A stretch of DNA of 63,842 nt, filler included, from Deltaproteobacteria bacterium (GCA_030698575.1; 9 parts of 9 records of this genome joined end to end with filler, not necessarily neighbours in it), one strand, 5' to 3'; shown: positions 37,997-48,113, counted from the first letter of the whole stretch. The notes: generated by a model not told the origin, from the sequence alone. Numbers and translations: made by a program.

Positions 37997-38991
37997 GGTT
38001 CCCGTTCCTTCACGCCAGGCTGGAGGCGCGCCAGTTCCTCGATGATCTCCCGGGAACGTGTATCGAGGCTGCGCGGAATGCTGATTCGTATCACGACAAT
38101 CTGATCTCCCGCCCCCTTTCGGCTCGAGGCCGGGACGCCCTTCCCCGCGAGCCGGAGCTTCTGTCCTCCCTGGGTGCCCGACGGAATCGTCATGGTCACG
38201 GGCCCGGTGAGCGTCGGAACCGCCACCTTTGCGCCCAGGGCTGCTTCGGGGAAGCTGAGCGGAAGCTCCATGACGATATCCCGCCCTTCCCGCCGGAAGA
38301 CGCGATGGGGCGCCACACGTGGAAGAAGGTACAACGCCCCCGCCGGACCGCCTCCCCTGCCGGCGCCGCCCTTTCCGGGAACGCGAATGCGGCGCCGATC
38401 TTCGACGCCTGGAGGAATGCGCACGCGCACCGTCTCCGCGTTGTCCGTGAGCCCCCGGCCGCCACAGATCCCGCAGGCGCGTTTCCCGGCGGCCCGACCG
38501 CTCCCGTTGCAGGCGACGCACCCCTTCGGCACGACGATGTCCAGAGACTTCTGCGCCCCCAGAACCGCTTCCTCGAAGGTAAGATCGATCCGGGTCTCGA
38601 AGTCCTGGCCCCTCGCCGCTCGCACCCCGCCGCGACCGCCCTCTGAGCCGGCCCCGGGCCTTCCGAAACGGCCGCTGCCGAAGAGCTCGGAGAGGATCTC
38701 CTCGATTCCGGCGTCACCCGCCTCGAAAGCGCTGAAATCGAATCCTGCCCCCACGCCGCCCGGAAACCCCTCGGCGCGCATGCGGGTGAACTGATCGTAC
38801 TCGGCCCGCTTCTCCTTGTCGCCGAGCACGCTGTAGGCTTCGCTGATCTCCTTGAACTTGTCTTCCGCCTTCTTGTCATCCGCATTGACGTCCGGGTGAT
38901 ACTTCCGGGCAAGTTTGCGGTAAGCGCCCTTGATCTCCGAACTGCTCGCGGCGGGCTTGACGCCGAGGACTTCGTAGAGATCCTTTCTCAT
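37993..38991 (-). CDS. dnaJ: DnaJ-family chaperone with only two CxxCxGxG repeats
   Basis: J-domain with HPD, G/F region, CVACNGSG and CGICGGRG, and C-terminal domain. Confidence 0.9.
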   Translation of the reverse strand: MRKDLYEVLGVKPAASSSEIKGAYRKLARKYHPDVNADDKKAEDKFKEISEAYSVLGDKEKRAEYDQFTRMRAEGFPGGVGAGFDFSAFEAGDAGIEEILSELFGSGRFGRPGAGSEGGRGGVRAARGQDFETRIDLTFEEAVLGAQKSLDIVVPKGCVACNGSGRAAGKRACGICGGRGLTDNAETVRVRIPPGVEDRRRIRVPGKGGAGRGGGPAGALYLLPRVAPHRVFRREGRDIVMELPLSFPEAALGAKVAVPTLTGPVTMTIPSGTQGGQKLRLAGKGVPASSRKGAGDQIVVIRISIPRSLDTRSREIIEELARLQPGVKEREP

Positions 38992-39094
38992 GACACAGCC
39001 TCTGGCGGGCCTTCCCGCCTCGGAGAAGTTCACCTAACCCATTGAATTTATTAAGAATAGCGCCGGACCTGGAAATCCGGTCCGAACCCGGGAG

Positions 39095-39126
39095 TAAGGT
39101 GGGGACCGGGACCGCCAAGGTCAACC
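39095..39126 (-). promoter_or_regulatory. Possible sigma32-type promoter GGTTGACC-N14-CCCCACCTTA
   Basis: Resembles CTTGAA-N13-17-CCCCAT; lies upstream of dnaJ-hsp20-lon. Confidence 0.4.
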
Positions 39127-39283
39127 CTGGAGGGCGATTTTCCCCGGACCAGGCCGCCCCCTCGCCGAAGCAGCGGGATGGCGACCCCCGCGTGAAAAAG
39201 CCACGTGAAACGCGCCCGCCCCTCCGGTATGCTGGTCTCCCCCCGGGACTCCGGCCCCCCCCCAGCGACATCGGGCCGGGAGC

Positions 39284-39424
39284 TTCTGCCCCGATAATTT
39301 TTGCCCCAGGAACTTTCGCCCCATGAATTCTTGCCTCAGGAAATTTTGCCCCGTGAGCTCTTCCCCCGTGAGCTCGTCCCCCGTGAGCTCTTCCCCCGTG
39401 GACTCTTGCCCCGTGAACTCTTGC
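39284..39424. repeat. 15-bp minisatellite, about 9.4 units (consensus TCTTGCCCCGTGAAC)
   Basis: Units start at 39284, 39299, 39314, 39329, 39344, 39359, 39374, 39389 and 39404. Confidence 0.9.
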
Positions 39425-39435
39425 AAGGATTCCGG

Positions 39436-39876
39436 ATGAGCGCAGACGGGGCGGACGATCAGGCGAAGGCGCCGGAAGAGCAGCGCCTGCACCGCCGGGT
39501 GCTTTTTCGTACGCTCCAGGTGAGCGGCGAGAGCAAGAAGCTTTTCTTCACCGGTCACGTGCGCAACCTGAGCCTCGGAGGCCTGTTCGTCCAGACTACG
39601 AATCCGAGGCCGGTGGGCTCCAAGCTCAGGCTCCAACTCCCCATCGAGCGGGAGCTCCCTCCCATCGAGACGAGCGCCGAGGTGCTCTGGATCCAGGCTT
39701 TCGAAGTGCGATCAAAAACCGCGCCTGGCATGGGGCTCCGATTTACGGAGCTGGATGCCAAGTCCGCGAGGCGAATCGAGATGTTCCTCAAGGCAAATGA
39801 AGCGGAGGTGCGGCGAACGGAGAGGGTCAGGCCAGGTCCAGGACGGGCAACTGGGGAACCATCAAATCGAGGCTGA
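39436..39876 (+). CDS. PilZ-domain protein
   Basis: EQRLHRR (RxxxR) and NLSLGG c-di-GMP motifs, GMGLRF; AAGGA RBS. Alternative TTG start at 39301. Confidence 0.88.
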   Translation: MSADGADDQAKAPEEQRLHRRVLFRTLQVSGESKKLFFTGHVRNLSLGGLFVQTTNPRPVGSKLRLQLPIERELPPIETSAEVLWIQAFEVRSKTAPGMGLRFTELDAKSARRIEMFLKANEAEVRRTERVRPGPGRATGEPSNRG

Positions 39877-40318
39877 CGTCTTCTTCGATGAGAACGTCCG
39901 ATCGCCCCTCGGGTTGTCCGAACACGCGGGCCCGAATGGCATAGCGGCCAGCCGCCAGTCCGGTTAGGTTCCCGATCGCGCCGTTCTCGACCGCCGCGAA
40001 CTGCTCCGTCATGTCGATCTCACCTTGCGCCCCATCCGGTCCGATGCGGCGAAGGCTGACCTGGAGCGTCGTGGGCCAGGCGTCCGCTGCGAGGGCGATG
40101 TTCACCTCGGCGGCTCCGAAGCGCAGCCAGGAATTGTAGGCCGGCACCGACATGGTCAGCAGCGGCTCCCGCCGGAGCCAGCCGGTCTCCTGGAGCCGCG
40201 CCTCAAGGGCGAGCACCGCGACGACGGCCAGAAGGGGCCCCCAGATTCGCCACCGCCAGCCGCCTCGTGCGAATCGGCCCCTGGACAGCGCTGTCATGCT
40301 TCCCTCCGGTCCGGACAT
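39827..40318 (-). CDS. Hypothetical membrane-anchored protein
   Basis: One N-terminal hydrophobic helix and a beta-rich remainder; overlaps the PilZ 3' end by 50 nt. Confidence 0.55.
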   Translation of the reverse strand: MSGPEGSMTALSRGRFARGGWRWRIWGPLLAVVAVLALEARLQETGWLRREPLLTMSVPAYNSWLRFGAAEVNIALAADAWPTTLQVSLRRIGPDGAQGEIDMTEQFAAVENGAIGNLTGLAAGRYAIRARVFGQPEGRSDVLIEEDVSLDLMVPQLPVLDLA

Positions 40319-40603
40319 TTTCCGGGCTACTACGATGGCCCCGTGCGGCCGAAAAGAGGGAAAGGGGGGATTCGGCGGGGCTTAGGCCCATCTAACGGGG
40401 ATCTAATCGGTCCCTAATTCCATTTCCCGTACGGTCTTCAGGTATTATACGCCGATCCGCCCGGGTGGCACTATCGATCCCCCGGGATGTTCGTCTGAAA
40501 AGCCGGTTGCTTAGCATGCATCCCTTCGACACAACTCGCGTTAGGAGCCGGAAGTGTTCGTTGACCCTGGAAATTTCCTGCGATAGACTTCCGCGAAACG
40601 GTT

Positions 40604-41533
40604 ATGGACCGTTTGTTTCAACTGACGACGAAGAACTTGCTCGGCGCCTTGAACCTGGTGCTCGTGGTTTTGTGCGCCTACGTCGCCGCGAACATCGTCA
40701 ATAACATTCGCAAGCCATCACCGGATTTCATGGCGGGTGCCCGCGTCGGGGCGCCCGCGCCTCCCCCCGCATCCGCCCCCCGAACATTCGACGCTTACAG
40801 GCCGATCCTCGACCGCAACCTGTTCAAGGCGGCGCTCGAGGACGCGCCAGTCGCGCCGGTGGAGACAGAACTTCCTGATGTCGTTGAAGAATCTCCGCTT
40901 CAGGCGAAGCTCATAGCGACGATTGTTTCAGGAAACGACGTCAAATCAACGGCCACGATCGAGATCCTGACCACCCGTGAACGCAAGGTTTTTCGGAAAG
41001 ACGACACGCTCATGGATGAGGCGAAGGTCGTGAGCATCGAGCGCGAGCGCGTCATCGTGCTGCGCAAGGGAGCGCACGAGAAGTTGTCGCTCTACGACGA
41101 GGACGGGAAGCCCTCGGGGGTGCCGTTGATCGCGACGCCACCGCAGCAGCCGCCGGCCTTCGCGGGCAACGTCCGCGCGCCGGGAGGCTTTCTCCGGGGA
41201 GTCACCCCCCGCCAGGGCACAGGCAGTCCGGCGAAGAATGTGATGACCACCGTCTCCGAGTTCAACGCAAGCAATTCCGATTTCCGCGTCATGCCGAACT
41301 TCCGGCAGGGGCGCATGGACGGCGTCAGGATCTTCGCTGTCACTCCCGAATCAAAGTGGGCGAAATCGGGACTGCGGAACGGCGACGTCGTGAAGTCGGT
41401 GAATGGCCGCGAAGTCGTGGGCGCGGATGCGCTCAACGGGCTTCTGGCGGAGTTGAAGGACTCCGATGATCTGGTTCTCGACGTGCAGCGAGGCGGAACA
41501 GCGCAGACGATCAAACTCGATGGGGGGAGCTAG
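40604..41533 (+). CDS. gspC: Type II secretion protein GspC with PDZ domain
   Basis: N-terminal TM, RNLF, HR domain (VVSIERERVIV) and PDZ (GLRNGDVVKSVNG); precedes gspD. Confidence 0.9.
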   Translation: MDRLFQLTTKNLLGALNLVLVVLCAYVAANIVNNIRKPSPDFMAGARVGAPAPPPASAPRTFDAYRPILDRNLFKAALEDAPVAPVETELPDVVEESPLQAKLIATIVSGNDVKSTATIEILTTRERKVFRKDDTLMDEAKVVSIERERVIVLRKGAHEKLSLYDEDGKPSGVPLIATPPQQPPAFAGNVRAPGGFLRGVTPRQGTGSPAKNVMTTVSEFNASNSDFRVMPNFRQGRMDGVRIFAVTPESKWAKSGLRNGDVVKSVNGREVVGADALNGLLAELKDSDDLVLDVQRGGTAQTIKLDGGS

Positions 41534-41534
41534 C

Positions 41535-42430
41535 ATGAGCGGTTCGAGGGTAATCCTGCCCCTCCTCGCCTGGGCGGTGTTCGGAACGTGGCCGGTGACC
41601 GGCGACTACCTGACGCTTCTCGGCGCGGGGCCGGCGCTTGCCCAAGGGCTGGTGGCCGGCGAGGAAGGGGACGAGGCGGGCGCGGGTACGGACGGCGAGA
41701 TCGGCGCCGTAGGGGCGCTCCCGCCCGAACTGGCGCCCGATCCGGCTGAGGTCGAAGCTCCGGAAGAGCCCGTCGCACCCGTCCCCGAGATCGCCAGACC
41801 CCCCGTGGCGCCGCCCATCCCTCCCGGCGCGCGCATGCCCTTCGGAAGGGCCGCAGCGGGCAGCGGAACGGCCCAGATTACCGTGCAGGACGATCTGGTG
41901 AATCTCGACTTCGCCGACGCCGACATCCAGGACGTCGTGAAGCAGATCAGCGAGATAACCGGGAAGAACTTCATCCTCGACGAGCGCGTGCGCGGGAAGA
42001 TCACGATCATCTCTCCCACGCGCGTCACCGTCGAAGAGGCCTACCGCGTCTTCGAATCAGTCCTCCAGGTGAAAGGTTTCACCACGATCACCGTGGGAGA
42101 CTTCATCAAGATCATCCCGTTGAGGGAGGCCAAGGAATCCTACACCCCGATTCTTCCCGGCGGATCCCTCGTGCCGAGGAACGATGAGTACATCACGCGA
42201 CTCATCCCCCTGCAGTACGTCGACGCGACCGAGATCTCCAATTCCCTGAAACCGCTCGTCTCGCGCGACGCCAGCATGATTCCCTACGCCCCGACCAACA
42301 CGATCATCCTCTCCGACACCGCCTACAACATCGACAAGGTGCTCGACATCATCCGCCTGGTGGACGTCTCGAGCTACCAGGAGGTGATCGAGATCATCCA
42401 GCTGCGCTTTGCCGCGGCCGGCGAGCTGGC
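41535..42430 (+). CDS. gspD: Secretin GspD, 5' part (N0/N1), 3'-truncated
   Basis: VNLDFADADI..ITGKNFILDERVRGKITIISP..EAYRVFESVL and TRLIPLQY..PTNTIILSD. Confidence 0.93.
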
Positions 42431-42530
42431 NNNNNNNNNNNNNNNNNNNNNNNNNNNNNNNNNNNNNNNNNNNNTTAATTAATTAANNNNNNNNNNNNNN
42501 NNNNNNNNNNNNNNNNNNNNNNNNNNNNNN

Positions 42531-42671
42531 TGCTCAAGGGACCATCGCGCAGGAAGGAAACCGAACCCAAGAACTGAAAGGAGGGCCAGCGTCGCTTCGC
42601 TCCGATCATGATGCCCGATCCGAGTGATCATGATGGACCGATCTTACTGATCATGATGGCCGAAATGCGCA
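42531..42671 (+). mobile_element. Right end of an IS21-family element (istB tail + terminal repeats)
   Basis: LKGPSRRKETEPKN* tail; three GATCATGATG repeats ending in CGAAATGCGCA. Confidence 0.7.
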
Positions 42672-42726
42672 CCCGGTCCTACAGAATCGCTGATTCCCAG
42701 CCACAAATTGGAATTCGCCACCCACA
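42672..42726 (-). mobile_element. Left end of IS481-like element family A, cut by the IS21 element
   Basis: TGTGGGTGGCGAATTCCAATTTGTGGCTG matches the ends at 44523 and 48076. Confidence 0.75.
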
Positions 42727-42958
42727 CCACCTTGGCGGCCTGCACCATCATTATAAGAGAGCTGCCTGAACCCTATCTTGGGGGATTCACGGGGTTTCGC
42801 TGAGCGAGCGCTTCCGGGGGAAGTTCGCCCTGGAACGAGGAGCAGCCCAACCACCCTGCCAAATTCCGCTCCACGAACGTCTCCCCGCAGGGAACTCAAA
42901 ACTGATCTGGCAGAATGGAACGGCTAAATGACTACGGATGGAATTTGCGTTAGGGACA
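42727..42958 (+). mobile_element. Right-end remnant of IS481-like element family B
   Basis: Similar to 46396-46563 (HLGGLHHHYKRAA* ... TAGGGACA), with an extra internal segment. Confidence 0.8.
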
Positions 42959-43071
42959 GCCTTTTGATCGTTACGAACGGTATTTGAAATCTGCGCGAGG
43001 TCGTTTCGAGCACTTCCCTTGCTGCCAGAACTTCTCCAATGTGCAACGCCTGCCCGAAATCCCGGGATCGG

Positions 43072-43731
43072 TCACTGGTTTGGGTAGGCCGCTCGCACCT
43101 CGGACTCCACCAACTGCTGCAACTGTTCATAGCCAAATCTCACCAGGGGCTTGCCGTTGACAAAGAACCCCGGAGTCTTCTGCACCTGGAGGGTCTTGGC
43201 GTCTGCCATGTCCTGCTCGATGAGTCTGGCGATGGCCGGGTCGTTCATGTCGGACCGGAGGCGATCCAGGTCCAGCCCTGCCTGGGGTAAGATCTGCCAT
43301 AACTGCTCCGGCCGGGGCTGGTGGTGACTGGCCCAGTACTCCTGGGAGGCCAACATCAACTGCAGGGTCTCCCAGTATTTGCCTTGTTTCCCCGCTGCCT
43401 CGAGGATCTTGACGAACTGGTCCGCTCCCGGATGGAACGGAGCATAGCGCAGCACCAGCTTGATCTTGCCTGGATGGGCGGCCATCAGTTGCTTGGTAAA
43501 CGGAAAGAAGGCGGCGCAGGTCTCGCATGCCGGATCCATGAACTCCACCAGGTAGACCTTGGCTTCGTCCGGTCCCAGGCTCTTGGAGTGTTCCCGGACA
43601 AAGGTCGAGGCATTCTCCTTGGCCATGAAACCCAGCGTCTTTACTCGATGCTGCTTGTACGCATACGTCCCGAGGGAGAACGACAGGATCAGCACGGCGC
43701 TCACGGTCAAGACCAAATTCTTTTTGGTCAC
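43072..43731 (-). CDS. DsbA-family thiol-disulfide oxidoreductase (BdbD-like)
   Basis: EFMDPACETC active site, KTPGFFVNG cis-Pro loop and N-terminal anchor; GTG overlaps the dsbB stop. Confidence 0.9.
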   Translation of the reverse strand: MTKKNLVLTVSAVLILSFSLGTYAYKQHRVKTLGFMAKENASTFVREHSKSLGPDEAKVYLVEFMDPACETCAAFFPFTKQLMAAHPGKIKLVLRYAPFHPGADQFVKILEAAGKQGKYWETLQLMLASQEYWASHHQPRPEQLWQILPQAGLDLDRLRSDMNDPAIARLIEQDMADAKTLQVQKTPGFFVNGKPLVRFGYEQLQQLVESEVRAAYPNQ

Positions 43732-44165
43732 TTGGATGTCCTCCGCTTCAAAGCAATGAGCAACCCCACTAGGGCCGAGAATGCCAGCCAGGAGAGCAGG
43801 GGGATGGTCACGAAGCCAAACAGATCGATGTACTTCTCGGTGCAGGAAACCCCTTGACTGCAGGGTCTTATGCTGTCCGGAACAATCCCCCACACGAGCA
43901 AGTTATGGTACCCCGCCGTCAGCCAGCCTGCCAGGACCAATGGAAGGGCGTACCGGCTCACCTTCGCATCCAGCGGAAACAGCGCCGCGCTGAAGACGAA
44001 GACAAGAGGAAACAGGAAGATCCGCTGGTACCAGCACAGCAGGCAGGGAGAGAACCCCATCACCTCGCTGAAGAACAGGCTGCCCAGGGCCGAGGCGCTG
44101 GCCACCAGCCAGCACAGGAAGACAATGGTCCAGGTAGTGTTGTAGGGGCCTGACGCGCTGTTCAT
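43728..44165 (-). CDS. dsbB: Disulfide bond formation protein B (BdbC-like)
   Basis: GSLFFSEV..PCLLCWYQRI and second Cys pair PCSQGVSC; four TM segments. Confidence 0.9.
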   Translation of the reverse strand: MNSASGPYNTTWTIVFLCWLVASASALGSLFFSEVMGFSPCLLCWYQRIFLFPLVFVFSAALFPLDAKVSRYALPLVLAGWLTAGYHNLLVWGIVPDSIRPCSQGVSCTEKYIDLFGFVTIPLLSWLAFSALVGLLIALKRRTSK

Positions 44166-44300
44166 CGCCGTTGCTCACCTCACGGGCAAAAAATCGTAGC
44201 TGTTGAGACCGATCGGTGCTTTGTGTCTAACACTTGTTCTTCAAGTTTCTGGCTGAAGAGTTAGCACGGTTGTGGGACTCAATAAATCCATCGGCCTGCG

Positions 44301-44523
44301 TGTCCATGGCGAATTGCAAATCACGCCGCCATCGATAGCTGAAATAGCCCGGGAGAATGGCCCTCGCACTTCCAGGTCCCATCGGCTTGGCGACCGTCAT
44401 CAGCAGATGGCCGAGCAGGATGAACAGGTCCCTCATGACCGGAAAGCGTGCGGCACAACGGCCTCCGGAGCAACCCGGACGAATTGCTTATTTTCAGCCA
44501 CAAATTGGAATTCGCCAGCCACA
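44301..44523 (-). mobile_element. 223-bp MITE-like internal-deletion derivative of family A
   Basis: Ends TGTCCATGGCGAATT / TGTGGCTGGCGAATT; transposase start MRDLFILLGHLL fused to the tail GLFQLSMAA*. Confidence 0.8.
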
Positions 44524-44784
44524 GGCGCGCCTTGAAAATCCGGCGCAAGCATTCCGAGCTCACCAAAGGAAAAAGTCTGGGTTTGGCAGGCGCAGATCGA
44601 TATGGCCGCGATTGTGCAGCCGGTGATTCGAAGGATCAAGAAGAACATCGTTCAATTTCCAATGTTTCCAGCGCTAACTGTTAAGCACGAACTGGACTGT
44701 CATCTGGTTCCCAAGGCTCACCGGGAAACTTCGTAGCGTCGGGGATGGCGTTCTGGAGTGGCCGGGACCCCCGCGCCTCATCTG

Positions 44785-45171
44785 TCACTTGAATCCGAAC
44801 TCGCAGCGTCCGGAGGGGTTGCAGAATATGGTGTCGCCCTGGGCTCCGCAGAGATCCCATGCCGGGCAGAAAAGCTGACCCCGGGCACCAGGCAGGTGAT
44901 CGCGACATTGACCTGCGTACCTCGCCCCATATTGCTTCAGGAAGTCTCGCGAAATGGCGATTGAAATCCCGCCGGAGCTACAACCGCAGCAGCTCCAGGG
45001 AACCAAAGTGCAGTCGGAATCAACCGCGCAGCGCGTCCAGGCGGTCGGGATCATGATTACCTCGAAGCATAACTCGTGCGGCGGGAATGGGAACGGGTAG
45101 CAGGCGGTTTGGGAGGCGTTTGCGGTGGACGAGATCAGAAGAAGCGCGAGCAGGAGGGGGAGTCGTTTCAT
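44785..45171 (-). CDS. Secreted cysteine-rich hypothetical protein (12 Cys)
   Basis: Signal peptide MKRLPLLLALLLISSTANA; CAVDSDC..CCGC motif. Confidence 0.75.
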   Translation of the reverse strand: MKRLPLLLALLLISSTANASQTACYPFPFPPHELCFEVIMIPTAWTRCAVDSDCTLVPWSCCGCSSGGISIAISRDFLKQYGARYAGQCRDHLPGARGQLFCPAWDLCGAQGDTIFCNPSGRCEFGFK

Positions 45172-45290
45172 TGGATGCCACCCGACAGGCTCTCTCGTTT
45201 CGCTAGAGAGGCGAGGGAAAGGTGCAGGGCCACATCAATGAGCAGGCATCTCATGGGTCACTCCTTGGGGTGCTGAGCCATCGAATGGCT

Positions 45291-46563
45291 TGTCATTCCC
45301 GTAAATTCCGTCCGGCACGAAATAATTGGCGATTTTCCATCAGATCTCAATGCTATGCAACCCTTGGATTTGCGTCTCGCTCGGGCCGTTCGGCCTCCCA
45401 CCCAGCCTGCCTTGCAGGGCTCCCCGCACACCCTCGATACTCCTCGCCGCCAGATCGCCCTCAATCCCGTCCCCGGAATTCATCGATGGTTATCGCCCAC
45501 ATGCTGCTCTCGTTCATCCGTGCCCTTTTCCGCAATCGCGACGGTCTCGCGCTCGAGAATCTTGCCCTTCGCCAGCAACTTGCCATCCTTCAGCGAAGCG
45601 TTAAACGTCCCCTGCTCCGCCGCCGAGACCGCCTCTTCTGGGTCTTGCTGAGGAGCTATGGGCCCGATGGGACGCTAGCCTTCTGCTCGTGAAACCGGAC
45701 ACCGTCGTTCGCTGGCATCGCGATGCCTTCAAGACCTTCTGGAGATGGAAATCCCGGAGGAAGAGACCGGGCCGACCGTCGCTGGACCCTGAAGTCATCG
45801 CCCTAATCAAGCGCATGGCACGCGAAAACCAGACCTGTGGCGCACCTCGCATTACTTCGGAGCTGCTCCTGCTCGGCTACGTGGTACGGGATACCGCCGT
45901 CGCGAAGTACATGCCGAGGAGAAAGCACGGACCCCCCTCCCAGCGCTGGCGCACCTTCCTGAAGATTCATATGGCCGAGACCGCCGGCGAATCTTGCACT
46001 TCAACGTGACAACAAATCCTACGGCCGAATGGACAGCGCAGCAGATGGTTGAAGCGTTCCCCGGCGATAGCCCGATCCCGAAGTTCCTCATTCGCGACCG
46101 TGATGGGATCTACGGAAGCTACTTTCGCCGGCGCGTTCGGAACGTGGGAATACGAGAGATTGTGACGAGCCGGAAATCACCCTGGCAGAATCCGTACGCC
46201 GAGCGGGTCATCGGCTCGATTCGTCGGGAATGCCTGCACCATGTGATCGTCCTCGGCGAGCGGCATCTGTGGCTGATTCTCAAGCAATACGTCCGCTACT
46301 ACAACGACGTTCGGCCTCATCTTTCGCTGCAGCGCAATGCGCCCATGCCGAGAAAGGTCGACCCGCCCGGTCGAGGGCGGATCGTTGCCATTCCCCACCT
46401 CGGCGGCCTGCACCATCATTATAAGAGAGCTGCCTGACCCCCATCTTGGGGAACTCCCGGGGATTAGCTCAGCCTGCGCTTCCGGGGGAAGTTCGCCCTG
46501 AACCCAGGATCGGTCCAAGATGGAACGGCTGAATGACTACGGATGGAACTTACGATAGGGACA
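45291..46563 (+). mobile_element. IS481-like element family B, defective
   Basis: Imperfect 24-bp TIRs TGTCATTCCCGTAAATTCCGTCCG / TGTCCCTATCGTAAGTTCCATCCG; no target-site duplication seen. Confidence 0.8.
45486..46437 (+). pseudogene. Integrase-core (DDE) transposase, frameshifted and internally deleted
   Basis: Three frames: LENLALRQQL, KPDTVVRWHR..GRP and LIRDRD..SPWQNPYAER. The segment with the first catalytic Asp is missing at 45979-45986. Confidence 0.85.
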
Positions 46564-46593
46564 CCCATGACGGCGGGACGTCCAACGCGGACA

Positions 46594-47865
46594 TCATGGA
46601 GAAAGCTCCTGCCCCGCACGACCCCTGGGTATTCGAAGCAGCCGCTGCAGTACGGGCCCGCTCATCATGGATGTCACCAGGGCCATCGTCACCAGCGCCA
46701 CGAAGATCCGCTGGTCAATCAGTCCATACTCCAGAGCGATCGAGGCCAGAATCATCTCCATGGCGCCGCGCGCGTTCATGGCAAAGCCGATGGCCAGCGC
46801 CTCTTTATAAGCGATGCCGCTTATCCACGCTCCCAGTCCGGCCCCGCCCACCTTGCCGACGGTCGCGATGCCGATTACCAGCAACACCAGCTCCAGGTCG
46901 AAGCTGATCGCGAAGTTTGCCTTCAAACCGACGGAAACGAAGTAAATCGGTGCGAACAGGCTGATGGCGAACTGGTGAATGACGTCCTTTGCCTGCCCTG
47001 CTCCCTTGTGCTCGAACACACGAAAAAGAGCAACGCCAATCAGAAAAGCCCCGAAGATGGCATGGATGTGCATGGTTTCGGCAACGGCTGCCGACATGAA
47101 GATGAGGATGGCCGTCAGCGCCAGGTACCCGCTGGGCCACACCAGCGATTTTCGCGCCCACCGGAAAAGCACCGGTCCGGCCCACCGGCCGAATCCCAGC
47201 ACCAGAAGGCAAAAAGTGAATGTCAGACCGAGTGTTCTCGCGAGGTTACCATCGAGATTGCTGGCGGTTAAGTTGCTGAGCAGCAACGCGAAAAGGGCCC
47301 AGCCCAGCAGGTCGTTGATCGCGGCGGAAGTCAGAACGATTCCCCCCAGCTCTTTGTGAAGAAGCCGAAGGTCCATGAGGATTCTCGCAATCACGGGCAG
47401 GGCCGAAATGGAGAGCGCGATGCCGATGAAGAGCACAAAATTCGACTGCCAGTTTCCGGAAGAGTACCCCCACAGCCCAGGCACAAGCAGGACGGAGGCG
47501 ACGCCGAGGCCGAACGGCAACCCGCACCCGAGAATGCTGATGAGAAGGATTGCCTTTTTTCGCTTCCGAAGCTGAGAGAGATTGACCTCGAGGCCGGCCA
47601 CGAACATGAAAAACAGCATGCCGATCTTGATGAGCACTTCCCGCGCATGAACGAGTTCGGGCTCCCCCGGAAACAGTCGCTGGTAAATTTCCGGGAAGAA
47701 CACCCCGCATACGGTCGGGCCCAGAACGATACCGCCTACTAGCTCACCCAGCACGGCCGGCTGGTGACACTTTCGCATGAGCTGTCCGAACAGCAGTCCG
47801 GCAGCCAGCATCACACCAACCTGTATCAGGAATACAACGGCGAGATCGGGGTGGGACTCACTCAT
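46594..47865 (-). CDS. Cation:proton antiporter (CPA2/Kef-type)
   Basis: QPAVLGELVGGIVLGP, SISALPVIARIL, AAINDLLGW and MNARGAME motifs. Confidence 0.92.
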   Translation of the reverse strand: MSESHPDLAVVFLIQVGVMLAAGLLFGQLMRKCHQPAVLGELVGGIVLGPTVCGVFFPEIYQRLFPGEPELVHAREVLIKIGMLFFMFVAGLEVNLSQLRKRKKAILLISILGCGLPFGLGVASVLLVPGLWGYSSGNWQSNFVLFIGIALSISALPVIARILMDLRLLHKELGGIVLTSAAINDLLGWALFALLLSNLTASNLDGNLARTLGLTFTFCLLVLGFGRWAGPVLFRWARKSLVWPSGYLALTAILIFMSAAVAETMHIHAIFGAFLIGVALFRVFEHKGAGQAKDVIHQFAISLFAPIYFVSVGLKANFAISFDLELVLLVIGIATVGKVGGAGLGAWISGIAYKEALAIGFAMNARGAMEMILASIALEYGLIDQRIFVALVTMALVTSMMSGPVLQRLLRIPRGRAGQELSP

Positions 47866-47879
47866 GGGCTGCCCCCGCG

Positions 47880-48076
47880 TGTGTATGACGAATTACTAAT
47901 CACGCCCCCATCGGAAGCTGAAATAGCCCCCGACAATGTGCCTGCCGCCGGAATTTGTCGAGATTAGGGGAGTGGGGGTAGTCCCTCATGGCGCGGAAGC
48001 GTAGGGCAGAGGGCCGTCCAGGGCAAGCCGACAGAATCCCTCATTTTCAGCCACAAATTGGAATTCGCAATGCACA
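47880..48076 (-). mobile_element. 197-bp MITE-like derivative of family A
   Basis: Ends TGTGTATGACGAATT / TGTGCATTGCGAATT; mini-ORF MRD..FRRQAHCRGLFQLPMGA*. Confidence 0.8.
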
Positions 48077-48113
48077 GCTTAAGCTTGAGTCTACGATAGA
48101 TTCTGCGCATACT

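Noticed and set aside
39284-39424. Possible CRISPR array
   Set aside because: Contiguous 15-bp units with no spacers, and no cas genes in the window.
44225-44267. attC-like palindrome GTCTAAC..GTTAGCAC upstream of dsbB
   Set aside because: About 43 bp, shorter than attC sites, with imperfect R boxes, a single copy and no integron integrase. It could be an operator.
44433-44648. 71-aa lipoprotein-like ORF
   Set aside because: Its 3' half runs into a MITE; at most a disrupted remnant.
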